A model generated the notes under the pieces. The model saw only the letters and a list, made by a program, of their open reading frames with translations, made no database searches and was not told the DNA's origin. Made by a program: the position numbers and the translations under genes. Source: Pseudomonadota bacterium (GTDB taxonomy: Bacteria > Pseudomonadota > Gammaproteobacteria > Eutrophobiales > Eutrophobiaceae). Taken from it: a stretch of DNA of 64,000 bases. Positions 1 through 9,575 of the stretch are shown piece after piece (the first letter of the stretch is position 1; each line of letters starts with the position of its first letter). The DNA lies in NCBI GenBank assembly GCA_038142205.1, contig JAYQJO010000001.1:1205415-1269414 (forward strand), written 5' to 3'.

Positions 1-490
1 TATCCAATGCCTTACCGATGTTTTCATTCATATCATCAATGGCTTCGTTATATTTAAATTCAGCAGTAACAGCAAATGCTGGCAAATACTGAGTTTCGTT
101 TGAAATGAGTGTTTTAAAATGAAAATTATGTAAATAGATATTATCTTCACCCACGTCAAACCCAGAACCACCTGCATTAATTAGATTAGCTCGCAATCTT
201 TTAAAGTCCATAATTTCATGAACATAACCAAATTCAAAACGAACTAAAAAAGATAAACTAATACCATTAGTATAGATATTACTGTCTTCTTCATTTAATC
301 GAATAATATCCCAATTAGAGATGACGGGTTTTCCAAAAACCGCTCCTTTCTCAGGGGCATTTAATCGATAAGCACCTGGAACAATTCCACCACCACCTAC
401 TCCTTCAAAATTCATAAAAGGTGGTGCCGCAAAAACCGGTGTCATAATTATTAATAAAATAAACAACGAAAAAATATTTTTAAATATCAT
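1..490 (-). CDS. Partial CDS (N-terminus in window, continues past position 1): secreted outer-membrane beta-barrel-like protein, possibly a MetA-pathway/phenol-degradation-type porin
   Basis: Reverse-strand translation from ATG at 490-488: MIFKNIFSLFILLIIMTPVFAAPPFMNFEGVGGGG... shows a signal peptide then Gly/aromatic-rich beta-strand-like sequence. Not in the ORF track because it runs off the window edge. Confidence 0.4.
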   Translation of the reverse strand, partial: MIFKNIFSLFILLIIMTPVFAAPPFMNFEGVGGGGIVPGAYRLNAPEKGAVFGKPVISNWDIIRLNEEDSNIYTNGISLSFLVRFEFGYVHEIMDFKRLRANLINAGGSGFDVGEDNIYLHNFHFKTLISNETQYLPAFAVTAEFKYNEAIDDMNENIGKALD

Positions 491-531
491 CAGTTTTTAA
501 CTCCCCAATTATTTTCATGATTAATATTTAT

Positions 532-1530
532 TTATAATGTGCCATCTTTAAGTTTCTGGTTTAACTCAGCCCAACCTGATCCTGCTTTTCTCGCACCTTC
601 GAGATAATCTTCAGGTGCAGTGATGTAAGGCGGGCGGCATGGTCCGGCTTTCATCCAGCCTGCCGCGTTAATTCGTTCTTTTTCTAACTGAATGTTATAC
701 CTCGAAAATTCAGGGAAACCACCTGGAGGAAAAAGATTTGCTAACACGCCAATCATTTGTGGATACAATGCATCGGGAATACTCCAGTCCCCTGTTTTAC
801 ATGCCTCTTTAACACTATCACGTAGATGAATAGTTAACTCCGGTCCGGTACACGCACAAGGTGACCAAAATGCAGTATGAAATTCGGGATCCATTTTTGC
901 GGCATCAATATAGTCAAACTCCAAAGGTAAAAATCGTATCTGTTTGCGTGATACCATCGTATGTAAATGAAGTTGCGCGATATTTATATACTTACAGGTG
1001 ATCACCTGTGGGATATTCGCAACTTGTGCCCAGAACGGGGTCGGGAATGAAAATTTAAATGCCTCCGGATTAGCATAAATACAGATTGCCATTTCTGGAA
1101 CTGCTTCTGCTACATCCTTATAAAAACGCACAGCACCCGGCACATCAATCTCCTGCCACATGGGTACACCTAACATTGTGCCATCAGCACCAATGTCTCG
1201 GGCATGCTTTAGTTGACGAATGGTTTCCCTTGTATTTAATGTCGTCACACCGATAAAAATCGGCACTCGCCCTGCAGCAGTCTCGACCATGACTTCCATC
1301 ATCTTTTTCTTTTCTTCCCAGGTGATGGATGCTCCCTCGCCAAAAGTCCCTTGGCACATTATTGCATCAACACCGGCACTGATTAAACCCTCAACAGCTT
1401 TGGCTACTTCGTCATAATCAACCGAATCTTCGGTACGCCAATCCGAAGCAGAATCAATAGCAGGAGTCGGAATAATTGCCCAGGCACCATTGACATCATC
1501 TACTGTTAATCTATCTCTTTTGGTCACCAT
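532..1530 (-). CDS. nahE: trans-o-hydroxybenzylidenepyruvate hydratase-aldolase (NahE/PhdJ type, DHDPS/NAL family)
   Basis: 332 aa with near-colinear similarity to NahE (DDVNGAWAIIPTP, GTFGE, VTTLNTRE, ANPEAFKF, AGWMKAGPCRPPY motifs recalled from NahE). Confidence 0.8.
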   Translation of the reverse strand: MVTKRDRLTVDDVNGAWAIIPTPAIDSASDWRTEDSVDYDEVAKAVEGLISAGVDAIMCQGTFGEGASITWEEKKKMMEVMVETAAGRVPIFIGVTTLNTRETIRQLKHARDIGADGTMLGVPMWQEIDVPGAVRFYKDVAEAVPEMAICIYANPEAFKFSFPTPFWAQVANIPQVITCKYINIAQLHLHTMVSRKQIRFLPLEFDYIDAAKMDPEFHTAFWSPCACTGPELTIHLRDSVKEACKTGDWSIPDALYPQMIGVLANLFPPGGFPEFSRYNIQLEKERINAAGWMKAGPCRPPYITAPEDYLEGARKAGSGWAELNQKLKDGTL

Positions 1531-1586
1531 CTTATTTTCCTCAAATACTTGTATATATTTTCTGCTAATTAATAGATGTAAATGGA

Positions 1587-2075
1587 TTACTGATTCCTAG
1601 CATTTTTCCAAGATGCCTGAACAATATTTAAAACAATGTTTATCTCATCTTCATCACGTGGTGCATATACCATGGCAATGGTTTCAGGAATCGGTCCTAA
1701 CCCCGCCAACGGATGTTTCTCACCCCATTTCTTTTCTATGACTTCATTAAAATCAACTTCTGACAAAGCCATATGCATACTGACATCATATGCTGGATGA
1801 ACATGTGCAAATTCTCGGCCTATGATATATCCATTTTTGCAATTACATGTCTGTTCTTCATCAAGCCAAAGTGCCTCTGCTCCGGGCACTGAAATAATAC
1901 TTGCCTGTCTAGTGACGCCTTCGAAATTAAATACTCTTGATTTAAATTGTTGATGAATTTCCATTTCTGGATTTTGGCTCAACTGCTCATGAGGGTTAGT
2001 GTTTGTCGTTTCTGGTCGAGAACCTTGCCTTTCGGGTAAATCAATCTTCATCACTGAGATGTTCCTGGATTTCAA
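1587..2075 (-). CDS. Hypothetical protein, 162 aa, with an HxH...H metal-site-like motif (EFAHVHPAYDVSMHMAL), possibly a small cupin. The 4-bp ATGA overlap with the upstream oxygenase alpha subunit suggests translational coupling.
   Basis: ORF sits between the Rieske alpha subunit and nahE on the same strand and overlaps the alpha-subunit stop. I do not recognise a family. Confidence 0.35.
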   Translation of the reverse strand: MKSRNISVMKIDLPERQGSRPETTNTNPHEQLSQNPEMEIHQQFKSRVFNFEGVTRQASIISVPGAEALWLDEEQTCNCKNGYIIGREFAHVHPAYDVSMHMALSEVDFNEVIEKKWGEKHPLAGLGPIPETIAMVYAPRDEDEINIVLNIVQASWKNARNQ

Positions 2076-3316
2076 TAGCCCATGGTTTCGCGATAATATT
2101 TCCAGAAACCTACTATTGTTCCTTCGGATACTAGATGGTCAACGTTTTCGGCTTTACCCCCACCCATGGCAATGTAGGAAGACTTGTCCTGCTCGCGAAT
2201 CACAGAATCATGAACGATCTCTACTGCCTCACCATCTTCCATTGAGATTAAACCAGCAGGTCCAATTAAATTTCCTTGTTTAAGTCTGATAGCTTGCATC
2301 TCTTCATCATCATCTTCGAAACCAAACTGAGTCCAGACCAATTCAAATCCATCGACGCCTTTTGTGCATGTTTGTCTAACCGCAAGAGTATTGGCAATTT
2401 GTTGTAGTACAAGATTAGGAAACACAGTGAGAATTACCAGACTCACGTCATCATCGAATTCTTTACGACCTGCGAGAAGAGATGGATCTTCAAGCTTAAA
2501 TTCTGTATTGAAACTACGCATATTCTTAAAATCTTCAGTACTATCATCTGAATCTTTAATCGCAGTAAGCATGGAATGTCGTTTACTGTCATCCATGTGA
2601 CTCACACCTTTTTGTGAAGAGCGATACAAACCAAAAGTCATATGGAATAAATGTAACAAACTAGCGTGGTAAGGATCGCGCGTATTCTCTGCATACAGTT
2701 TCCAGTTACCACGAATATATTGACGTTGATCTCCTAATATTTTGATGGGTTTATTACAGATACGTTTAATTGCAGTAACCGTCATAGGCCCAAGATAGTC
2801 TTCCAGTGATCCCACTGTCTCAGAGAATGTAGCAAACACCAAACCTGCAACAGAATCAACGCGTAGTTTTTTCAGCGAATGCTCCTGCATTTTAAAGCCT
2901 TTTGGCATACCACCATTACCCTGTATCCCTCGTCGGAAAGGAACACCGATCAGATCACCTTTAAGATTATAGGCCCATTGATGATAGACGCATTCGAGGT
3001 TAGGTTTATTACCTCGCAGTTCACGACACACAGCGGCGCCCCTATGAGCGCAGGAATTGACAACAACATTAACCTGTCCTTCCTCATCGCGCATGACAAT
3101 GACAGGCGTATCACCAATGAATGTGGTTTTATAATCACCGGAATTCGGAATCTCAGCTTCTATAGCAACAAAAGACCAATTGTCTCCACGGAATATTTTT
3201 TCCTGTTCTCTTTCATAAACCTGTTCATTTGTGAACACCTTGTATGGCACTTCACAAACACCTCGATCTACCGGCCAATTCACTTCGCTAGATTTATTTT
3301 CCAATACTGAGCTCAT
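2072..3316 (-). CDS. Rieske non-heme iron ring-hydroxylating oxygenase, large (alpha) subunit; size and motifs resemble salicylate 5-hydroxylase NagG / anthranilate-dioxygenase type
   Basis: 414 aa with a Rieske CxH...CxxH motif (CAHRGAAVC...CVYHQW), followed by a catalytic domain with conserved His/Asp and an adjacent beta subunit. Confidence 0.85.
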   Translation of the reverse strand: MSSVLENKSSEVNWPVDRGVCEVPYKVFTNEQVYEREQEKIFRGDNWSFVAIEAEIPNSGDYKTTFIGDTPVIVMRDEEGQVNVVVNSCAHRGAAVCRELRGNKPNLECVYHQWAYNLKGDLIGVPFRRGIQGNGGMPKGFKMQEHSLKKLRVDSVAGLVFATFSETVGSLEDYLGPMTVTAIKRICNKPIKILGDQRQYIRGNWKLYAENTRDPYHASLLHLFHMTFGLYRSSQKGVSHMDDSKRHSMLTAIKDSDDSTEDFKNMRSFNTEFKLEDPSLLAGRKEFDDDVSLVILTVFPNLVLQQIANTLAVRQTCTKGVDGFELVWTQFGFEDDDEEMQAIRLKQGNLIGPAGLISMEDGEAVEIVHDSVIREQDKSSYIAMGGGKAENVDHLVSEGTIVGFWKYYRETMGY

Positions 3317-3330
3317 TTGATTTGCCTCCT

Positions 3331-3828
3331 TTAAATTGGGGTAACCATCAAACTTTGAATCTGATAGGTGTCAAAAACAGCTTTCTTTTGCTTAAATCTA
3401 AGGCCATCTTCTGTTGCAACGATTTCATCCAGGTACTTTCCTGAATTATAAATTTCTGTTGCGCCGTTTAGTCGAGTTTGTAATACCAGATAATTAGTTT
3501 GTACCGATATCACTTCATCTATTACACCCTTGATATTGACGTTGCTGATAATGTGACGATAAAAATGTTCAGCGTATACATTAGCATTTCGTAGTGAAAC
3601 AATACGATCTACCAACATTGCATTACTATCACATACTATTGCTGAGACGGGTAAATCACGGTCTGGATTTTCCCTGGATATAATCTGGTATAGACAGTCT
3701 TCAATAAAAAATTCCGGCCATTGTTCAAGATGATCATCATCAATGCATTCAACATAATTATGTTGTAATTGCTCAACATGAAATTGCAACTCCATCGGAG
3801 TCATATCGGATAATTTTATAGTTGCCAT
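3331..3828 (-). CDS. Ring-hydroxylating dioxygenase small (beta) subunit
   Basis: 165 aa NTF2-like beta-subunit sequence immediately upstream of the alpha subunit on the same strand. Confidence 0.8.
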   Translation of the reverse strand: MATIKLSDMTPMELQFHVEQLQHNYVECIDDDHLEQWPEFFIEDCLYQIISRENPDRDLPVSAIVCDSNAMLVDRIVSLRNANVYAEHFYRHIISNVNIKGVIDEVISVQTNYLVLQTRLNGATEIYNSGKYLDEIVATEDGLRFKQKKAVFDTYQIQSLMVTPI

Positions 3829-3831
3829 ATC

Positions 3832-4158
3832 TCAAGAGTCCTTTGAATCCAGGGGGATACAAATATTACCTTCATCTACGGTAACAGGATAAGTCTTGAT
3901 TGGAACTTGACATGGGAATGAAACTGCTTCTCCGGTTTTTATATCAAAGGCACCGCCATGAAAAGGACATTCAATTTCACCATCTTCCTGATAACCATCA
4001 GTGAGTAAAGCCATGCCATGGGTGCATAGATTATCAGTGACATAATAATCACCTTCATGAAGATACACCGCCAATGGTGGGAAACCATCAATATTAACCG
4101 CCAATGGTTTTTCTTCCTCGACGGCATCCGTTTTGCAAAGGGTAATTAATTCACTCAT
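3832..4158 (-). CDS. Rieske [2Fe-2S] ferredoxin component of the oxygenase system
   Basis: 108 aa with CTHGMALL...CPFHGG Rieske ferredoxin motifs. Sits directly upstream of the beta subunit, giving the unusual order ferredoxin-beta-alpha. Confidence 0.8.
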   Translation of the reverse strand: MSELITLCKTDAVEEEKPLAVNIDGFPPLAVYLHEGDYYVTDNLCTHGMALLTDGYQEDGEIECPFHGGAFDIKTGEAVSFPCQVPIKTYPVTVDEGNICIPLDSKDS

Positions 4159-4233
4159 CCTTATTTCCTGTTAGATTGTATTCATGTTTTTGGGCTTAAT
4201 AGAAAAAATTTTAAAATTTGAATATATTATTAA

Positions 4234-5530
4234 TTAATTTATTGATATAGATAGTAACTGTAAAGCTATCATTGCAAAAACCATTATCTTCATAGCATAA
4301 GGAAAATTCCAACGGAGTATATCCATTGGTTTAACAAAATAACGACTCTGCATCGCTAAATGCATACCAGAAAACGGACTCGCCCCCAAACCAATTCCCC
4401 ATGCGAATAAAAAGACCATAGCAAGTAATTCAGGCGATGGATTTAGCGGCTCCAACCAGAATCCTAATATTCCGATAAAAACGATCGGATGAACACCAAT
4501 CACTGCAAATAAAATCATTATCAACAGGCATAAAGCAGCTTCATTTCCATGAAATTGCATAAAAGGTACGACGAAATTTGAATGGTTGAAAAATTCACTA
4601 ATACCAACCGCTAATAATCCAGCACTTAGAAATAAACTAATTTCTCCCACCATTTCCGGTAATCGATAAATAATATGTCCCCCGAAAGAGCAGATGTTCT
4701 TTTTCATGCCATTACGTATAAACAGGATAATTAAAGTTACTACTGGTGCCAAAATCGTTATTGACATCAAAGTACCCATGTCTGGAAATAATACACGGCA
4801 GATTAATACCAGGATTAAAAGCATTACAGGTATTAACAGAGATTCAAAATGAATTGGATAACCTTCAAATTTTTCCTGATGGGATTTTATATCTTGTAAA
4901 GTAATCAAATGTGCAATCAGGGCGACTGGTAAACCGACCATCAAAAGCACACCTATGCTTGCACCTGGAGAATAAGTCAATGCAGCTGCCATAGCAGCAA
5001 AAAATGGTGACCAAAATGCAGCTGTTGAAAAGGCTCTAGATAATACTATGAATTGTGTTTTTCCAAGTGAGTGTTTTTGTGTCAGTCTGTCAGCAACAAT
5101 CATAATTGCAGATAAGTTAAGAACTGAACTAAATAGATGCGTACCAAACAAGGTTCTTCTTAAAGCTCGATTGCCATAAGGTAGTTGTTCATTTTCTAAT
5201 GTATTAGTTTGCGTGACCAATCTTAAAAAACTAACACTGATAAGCAGTGCGATTAGATTTTGATTACTAGTCAGAGCTAGCGATGATTCAAAACTTCCTG
5301 TATCAAACCAGACGTGGACCAAAAAACTGATTCCCAGAGTAACTAACACAATACTTTGGATCAACTGAATTACTGACAAAAGCCTGATTAATAAAAAACA
5401 ACCTAACCAAGCCAGGACGCCGCTAAGCCATGTAGGTGATGAAGATATAATTTCCCTTGCTGTAGAACTAATAAGCGAAAGAAAAAAGCACGCCTGCTAC
5501 TTTGGTTAAAATTTTATTTTCATTAAACAT
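4234..5530 (-). CDS. Polytopic membrane transporter (family not recognised), frameshifted near its 5' end in an A6 run at 5487-5492
   Basis: Track ORF 4234..5379 is highly hydrophobic with about 12 TM segments. A hydrophobic in-frame extension continues upstream to ATG 5530 (MFNENKILTKVAGVL...) once one base is adjusted in the homopolymer. Confidence 0.5.
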
Positions 5531-5532
5531 TA

Positions 5533-6477
5533 TTACTGCAGGTTTTTTAATAAGGTATATATAGTGCGCGTATAAGGAGCATCTTTACCTAAGGTTTCGC
5601 AATTATTAATAACAACGCCACATATTGCATCTAATTCAAGTGTCCTGCCTTTTTCTCTATCGATGAGCATTGACGGTTTAATCGCATCAAAGTCATAAAT
5701 GAGTTGAAACATTTCTTGAGCATCCGTCTCTTTTAGATCGGAACCATCAATCTGTGACGCCAAGGTTGTTTCATTCATCATGTGCTTCATTAACATTGCA
5801 TATTCTTCATGATGCGATAAATATTTCGTATCTTTTTGTATCAAAGCCGACAATGGATTAGTGCCGTTATTGATCATCAGTTTTCGCCAGAGTTCTTTGC
5901 GTATGTCATCTGATTCTTTTGTTGGTATTCCTGCCTGATTAAACATCTCAACAGTTTTAGAAACAAACTTTATACGATCTGGATCTGCGTCAACATTATG
6001 TGGCCATGCTCCCATGATGATCTGTGCAATCCCGACAGCAGTTACATTAGCCGGTTTAATAACATCAGCACCAATACGAACGGCAAGTCCCCCAATGATT
6101 TTTGATTCATTAAGATGGTCACTAAAAACTTGTTCATTACCCATGCCATTTTGTAATGAAAGAATATACGGTGAACCGGATTTTGTATTAATCCATTCTT
6201 TCAATACATTAGCTATTTCAAAAGTTGATGTCGTTTTAATACATATCAACAAAAGATCGAAGTCCGAGGACTTATGTTTCACAATAAGGTCATCTAAAGA
6301 ACATGCTGAGACTTTTTGTTTAAAACTAAAGTCTGGATGGGTGACAGATAATCCATCTGCCTGCATTGCAGTTAAATGTTCGCCACGGGCAACAAAGGTA
6401 ACCTCATGTCTAGCATTGACGAGCTTTGCTCCGTAATAGCACCCTATCCCCCCAGCTCCAATTACGGCAATACGCAT
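5533..6477 (-). CDS. 2-dehydropantoate 2-reductase family (PanE/ApbA-like NAD(P)H oxidoreductase)
   Basis: 314 aa with N-terminal Rossmann fold MRIAVIGAGGIGCYYGAKL and PanE-like architecture. Confidence 0.65.
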   Translation of the reverse strand: MRIAVIGAGGIGCYYGAKLVNARHEVTFVARGEHLTAMQADGLSVTHPDFSFKQKVSACSLDDLIVKHKSSDFDLLLICIKTTSTFEIANVLKEWINTKSGSPYILSLQNGMGNEQVFSDHLNESKIIGGLAVRIGADVIKPANVTAVGIAQIIMGAWPHNVDADPDRIKFVSKTVEMFNQAGIPTKESDDIRKELWRKLMINNGTNPLSALIQKDTKYLSHHEEYAMLMKHMMNETTLASQIDGSDLKETDAQEMFQLIYDFDAIKPSMLIDREKGRTLELDAICGVVINNCETLGKDAPYTRTIYTLLKNLQ

Positions 6478-6490
6478 TGTTATATATCAA

Positions 6491-7321
6491 TTATGATTCT
6501 TCAGAAAAGAAATTAATCACAAGATCATTAAAACGTTTGTTGTGCTCAATCTGTGTCCAGTGACCACATTGACCAAATAAATGTAATTGTGAGCGTTCGA
6601 TTAATTCGAAAAGCCGTTGTGATGTTGAAACCGGAATGACCCTGTCTTCACGACCATGAACAATCAAAGTATCATGCTTCACCTTACGTATATCTTCTTC
6701 AGGGCTTTGCATTCCTTCTATCCACTGCTGTCTAGGTGCTGGGAACATGGCGCTAAACGCTTCTTGGAAACCGGGTTGAATACTTGCCTTATAACGTAGC
6801 TCAGCCAGTTCATCACTCACGAGGTTTCGATCATGAGCGAAATAATCCATTATCTTACGCATGTTTTCGCTCGAAGGTTGATAACCCCAAACCGCATCAA
6901 GACCTTCCGTTAGTTCAAAATGAACACCAACGCTACCCATTAATACCAGTTTTTTAACGCGTTCCGGATGACGTATCGTTAGTGCAAGTGCTAAAGCACC
7001 ACCGAAAGAATTACCTACCAGATGGGTTTGTTCAATATTCAACGCATCCATTAGATCGATTGCATGCTTGACCCAATTATCCATATTGTATTCGACATCA
7101 TCGGGACGTTCGGTAAATCCAAAACCGGACATATCAGGCGCAACAACACGAAAATATTCTGAAAATGCTGGAATACAAAGCCGCCAGTTTGCCCATGCTG
7201 TCACGCCGGGACCCGAACCATGGATTAAAAATACATTATCGCCATCACCTTCATCGTGATAGTTAGTTTTAAAACTGCCAGTCTGGATTGAATTTGCGAT
7301 TTCAGGATTGTTGTTACTCAT
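6491..7321 (-). CDS. meta-cleavage product hydrolase (2-hydroxy-6-oxo-2,4-dienoate / 2-hydroxymuconic semialdehyde hydrolase; DmpD/XylF/TodF family, alpha/beta hydrolase)
   Basis: 276 aa with nucleophile-elbow GNSFGG, HGSGPG oxyanion region and a C-terminal His. Confidence 0.8.
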   Translation of the reverse strand: MSNNNPEIANSIQTGSFKTNYHDEGDGDNVFLIHGSGPGVTAWANWRLCIPAFSEYFRVVAPDMSGFGFTERPDDVEYNMDNWVKHAIDLMDALNIEQTHLVGNSFGGALALALTIRHPERVKKLVLMGSVGVHFELTEGLDAVWGYQPSSENMRKIMDYFAHDRNLVSDELAELRYKASIQPGFQEAFSAMFPAPRQQWIEGMQSPEEDIRKVKHDTLIVHGREDRVIPVSTSQRLFELIERSQLHLFGQCGHWTQIEHNKRFNDLVINFFSEES

Positions 7322-7341
7322 AAAATGTCCTTAAATAATTT

Positions 7342-8328
7342 TTAATAAAACCGGTCATAATGTATTTGTTCAAAAGGCACTTTATAATCCATCATCAACA
7401 TTCTTGTCGTAGCATCCGTCATGGGCGGGGGGCCACAGAAATAAAACTCATGTTCTGACAATGATTCACCTAATTGTTTCGCGACTAATTCATGGATAAA
7501 GCAACATGCTCCACCCCATATACCTTCTTTATTCAAATCGGGATCAGAAATTGCGTTAAAACAAATTAGTCTTGTATTCAGTATCTTTTCATTTGCAACC
7601 AATTCAGGCGTACAAATATCATCAGGTCCACGACCACCATAAAATAGATATATTTTTCTATCGTTTAATCTAGCATCACTTGCAGCAGCCTTTGCAATTG
7701 ACATGATGGGAGATAAACCTGAACCACCGCCTATAAGAACGATATCGCGGGGTATTTCGGGTTTTAAAAAAGCAAGCCCATAAGGGCCGTCTAGATGAAT
7801 TTTTGTACCGATTACACAATCATCGAATAAATAATTTGTGGCCTTTCCCCCTGGCATTTTTTTGATAATAAAATTCCATAGCCCATCATCATTAGGCAGG
7901 TTAGACATGGAATAACCTCGTGAGCCAGTTATTCCAGTAAAGTCAAGTAATGCAAATTGGCCTGGTAAAAAATGAGCCGGATGTTCTGTACGAAAACAGA
8001 ATTCCTGCATGTCATCAGTAAGTTTATTAATCTGTACTAATTCAGCCTCAAGACGGTTTGGTTTATGTTCTGGAGTTGAGTGAGAATCAAGCCTTACTTT
8101 AATTGTGCAATCCTTTTTTGGAACACATTGGCAACCCAACATCTTACCTTTACGAATATCTCTTGCAGAACGGCCCGGAGCATCTTCCCAAAGATTATCT
8201 ATCTCTCCGTCTATCAGTTCGAATTTACAACTGCCACAACCACCAGAATTACATTCGTAGGGGAAAACCAATGCCTGCACGTAATGCAGACCGAAGTAGC
8301 GTGTCACCGTCTTCACACTGATACTCAA
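7342..8328 (-). CDS. tmoF: NADH:ferredoxin oxidoreductase of the monooxygenase (TmoF-like; N-terminal plant-type 2Fe-2S plus FAD/NAD-binding FNR domain)
   Basis: 328 aa with a CxxGxCGxC-like cluster near the N-terminus, RGYS FAD motif, GGSGLSP NAD motif and C-terminal CGPPPM. Confidence 0.75.
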   Translation of the reverse strand: MSISVKTVTRYFGLHYVQALVFPYECNSGGCGSCKFELIDGEIDNLWEDAPGRSARDIRKGKMLGCQCVPKKDCTIKVRLDSHSTPEHKPNRLEAELVQINKLTDDMQEFCFRTEHPAHFLPGQFALLDFTGITGSRGYSMSNLPNDDGLWNFIIKKMPGGKATNYLFDDCVIGTKIHLDGPYGLAFLKPEIPRDIVLIGGGSGLSPIMSIAKAAASDARLNDRKIYLFYGGRGPDDICTPELVANEKILNTRLICFNAISDPDLNKEGIWGGACCFIHELVAKQLGESLSEHEFYFCGPPPMTDATTRMLMMDYKVPFEQIHYDRFY

Positions 8329-8403
8329 ATTCCTGTCCTTCTAATAGAATTTTGTGTGAGACCATTCTATATTCTCCTTAAATTATTTAATAACCAAAAA
8401 AAT

Positions 8404-8459
8404 GACCCAGCTAATCTAAATAATGGGGGCCCAAGTATTAAATGAGAGATTAGCGGGTC
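8404..8459 (-). promoter_or_regulatory. Imperfect 13-bp inverted repeat (gacccagctaatct ... agattagcgggtc) with a ~29-nt loop in the 200-bp tmoE-tmoF intercistronic gap; possible mRNA structure or processing site
   Basis: Inverted repeat read directly from the sequence, inside a same-strand operon gap. Confidence 0.3.
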
Positions 8460-8531
8460 AACATACTCTTCTACTGTGGAAGTATTGGAGTAAACTTTAT
8501 GGTTATTGAGTGCATCTGATTAATATTTTTT

Positions 8532-9521
8532 TTAAACGCCCAGGTTTTCTCTGGATTTTTCCAATGCAGCTTTAGCATTGTTAATTGCATTTTCACTGTC
8601 GGGTAATTCAGCGCAATATTTTTCAACAGCATTGATACCCAGTGGCATCCACTTATCCAACCAGGAGGTTAATACTGCTTTATTTTCTGAATTTTCTAAT
8701 GCCAAATCTACTAATGCTTTAGACCAGCGCATATGGCGTTCACTGTCTCGGCATTGGCTATCACATAACATACCCAACAAAGTATCTGAATTATGACGAC
8801 CTGCCTCACCCAATTGATGTAAGACTGCCGCTTCAACGGCCGGTTTAAGCACCAGGTTAATCGCACAAAAAGATTCTCCCCAATCCCAGGCGGTCATAGC
8901 TCTCTCTGTTAACTCACGAAATCCTTGCCAGGCTTCGTCATCTTCCCAATGCTTTCTTTCGTCTTGTCCAAACCCTGCATCAGGATGCGTTAAAGACAGT
9001 TCATATGTACGATAGGCCGTGTGTGTTAACCAACGATGCGAATCGGCTGCCTGAAATGTTGAACAATTCGTGATGGTACTTGCAGGCGCCATTTGTCCAA
9101 TGTAGGCCGAACTCATCTGTAAGGCATGAAAAACATAACGTGCAGGTGTGTACAATTTCGCAAGGGTTCCTACCCATTCACGATCAATCGCTTTGTCGTG
9201 TTCTCTGTCGTTGAATTGATCCAGCAAACTTTTGACATACGTTTCTTGACCATCCTGCATAATATTATAAGTACGATAAACAATAGCATCAGGATCTCTG
9301 AATGTATCCCAATCCTCATGTTGTAAAGGACTCTTATTACGATAATTTAAATACCACTGATTCATATGCAGATTAGTATCCATTTCCCAGGGTTTATCTG
9401 GGTTGTTCATACTGGTGTGCAAGCGAACAGAAGTAATATCATATTCACTGGGACGGCGACGATTCTTTGCCAGATGTGACCAGGTTTTTAATGGTTTTAA
9501 AACTTCAGGTGAATCACTCAT
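8532..9521 (-). CDS. tmoE: Toluene-4-monooxygenase-type hydroxylase beta subunit (TmoE/TouE-like)
   Basis: 329 aa diiron-monooxygenase beta-subunit-like sequence, placed after effector and ferredoxin genes in T4MO order. Confidence 0.8.
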   Translation of the reverse strand: MSDSPEVLKPLKTWSHLAKNRRRPSEYDITSVRLHTSMNNPDKPWEMDTNLHMNQWYLNYRNKSPLQHEDWDTFRDPDAIVYRTYNIMQDGQETYVKSLLDQFNDREHDKAIDREWVGTLAKLYTPARYVFHALQMSSAYIGQMAPASTITNCSTFQAADSHRWLTHTAYRTYELSLTHPDAGFGQDERKHWEDDEAWQGFRELTERAMTAWDWGESFCAINLVLKPAVEAAVLHQLGEAGRHNSDTLLGMLCDSQCRDSERHMRWSKALVDLALENSENKAVLTSWLDKWMPLGINAVEKYCAELPDSENAINNAKAALEKSRENLGV

Positions 9522-9575
9522 ACTAACCTCTTAACTTTTAATTTTTTAATATGTAGTTAACTACTATTGGTAGTT

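Noticed and set aside
1220-1417. Numerous short plus-strand ORFs from the six-frame track that lie inside long minus-strand genes (for example 1220..1417, 2364..2600, 2879..3310, 6014..6436, 8080..8445, 10818..11081, 30713..31036, 33501..33821, 61832..62194)
   Set aside because: All are antisense or out-of-frame overlaps of genes with strong family-level similarity. They have no ribosome-binding site context or recognisable motifs and are typical spurious ORFs in AT-rich DNA.
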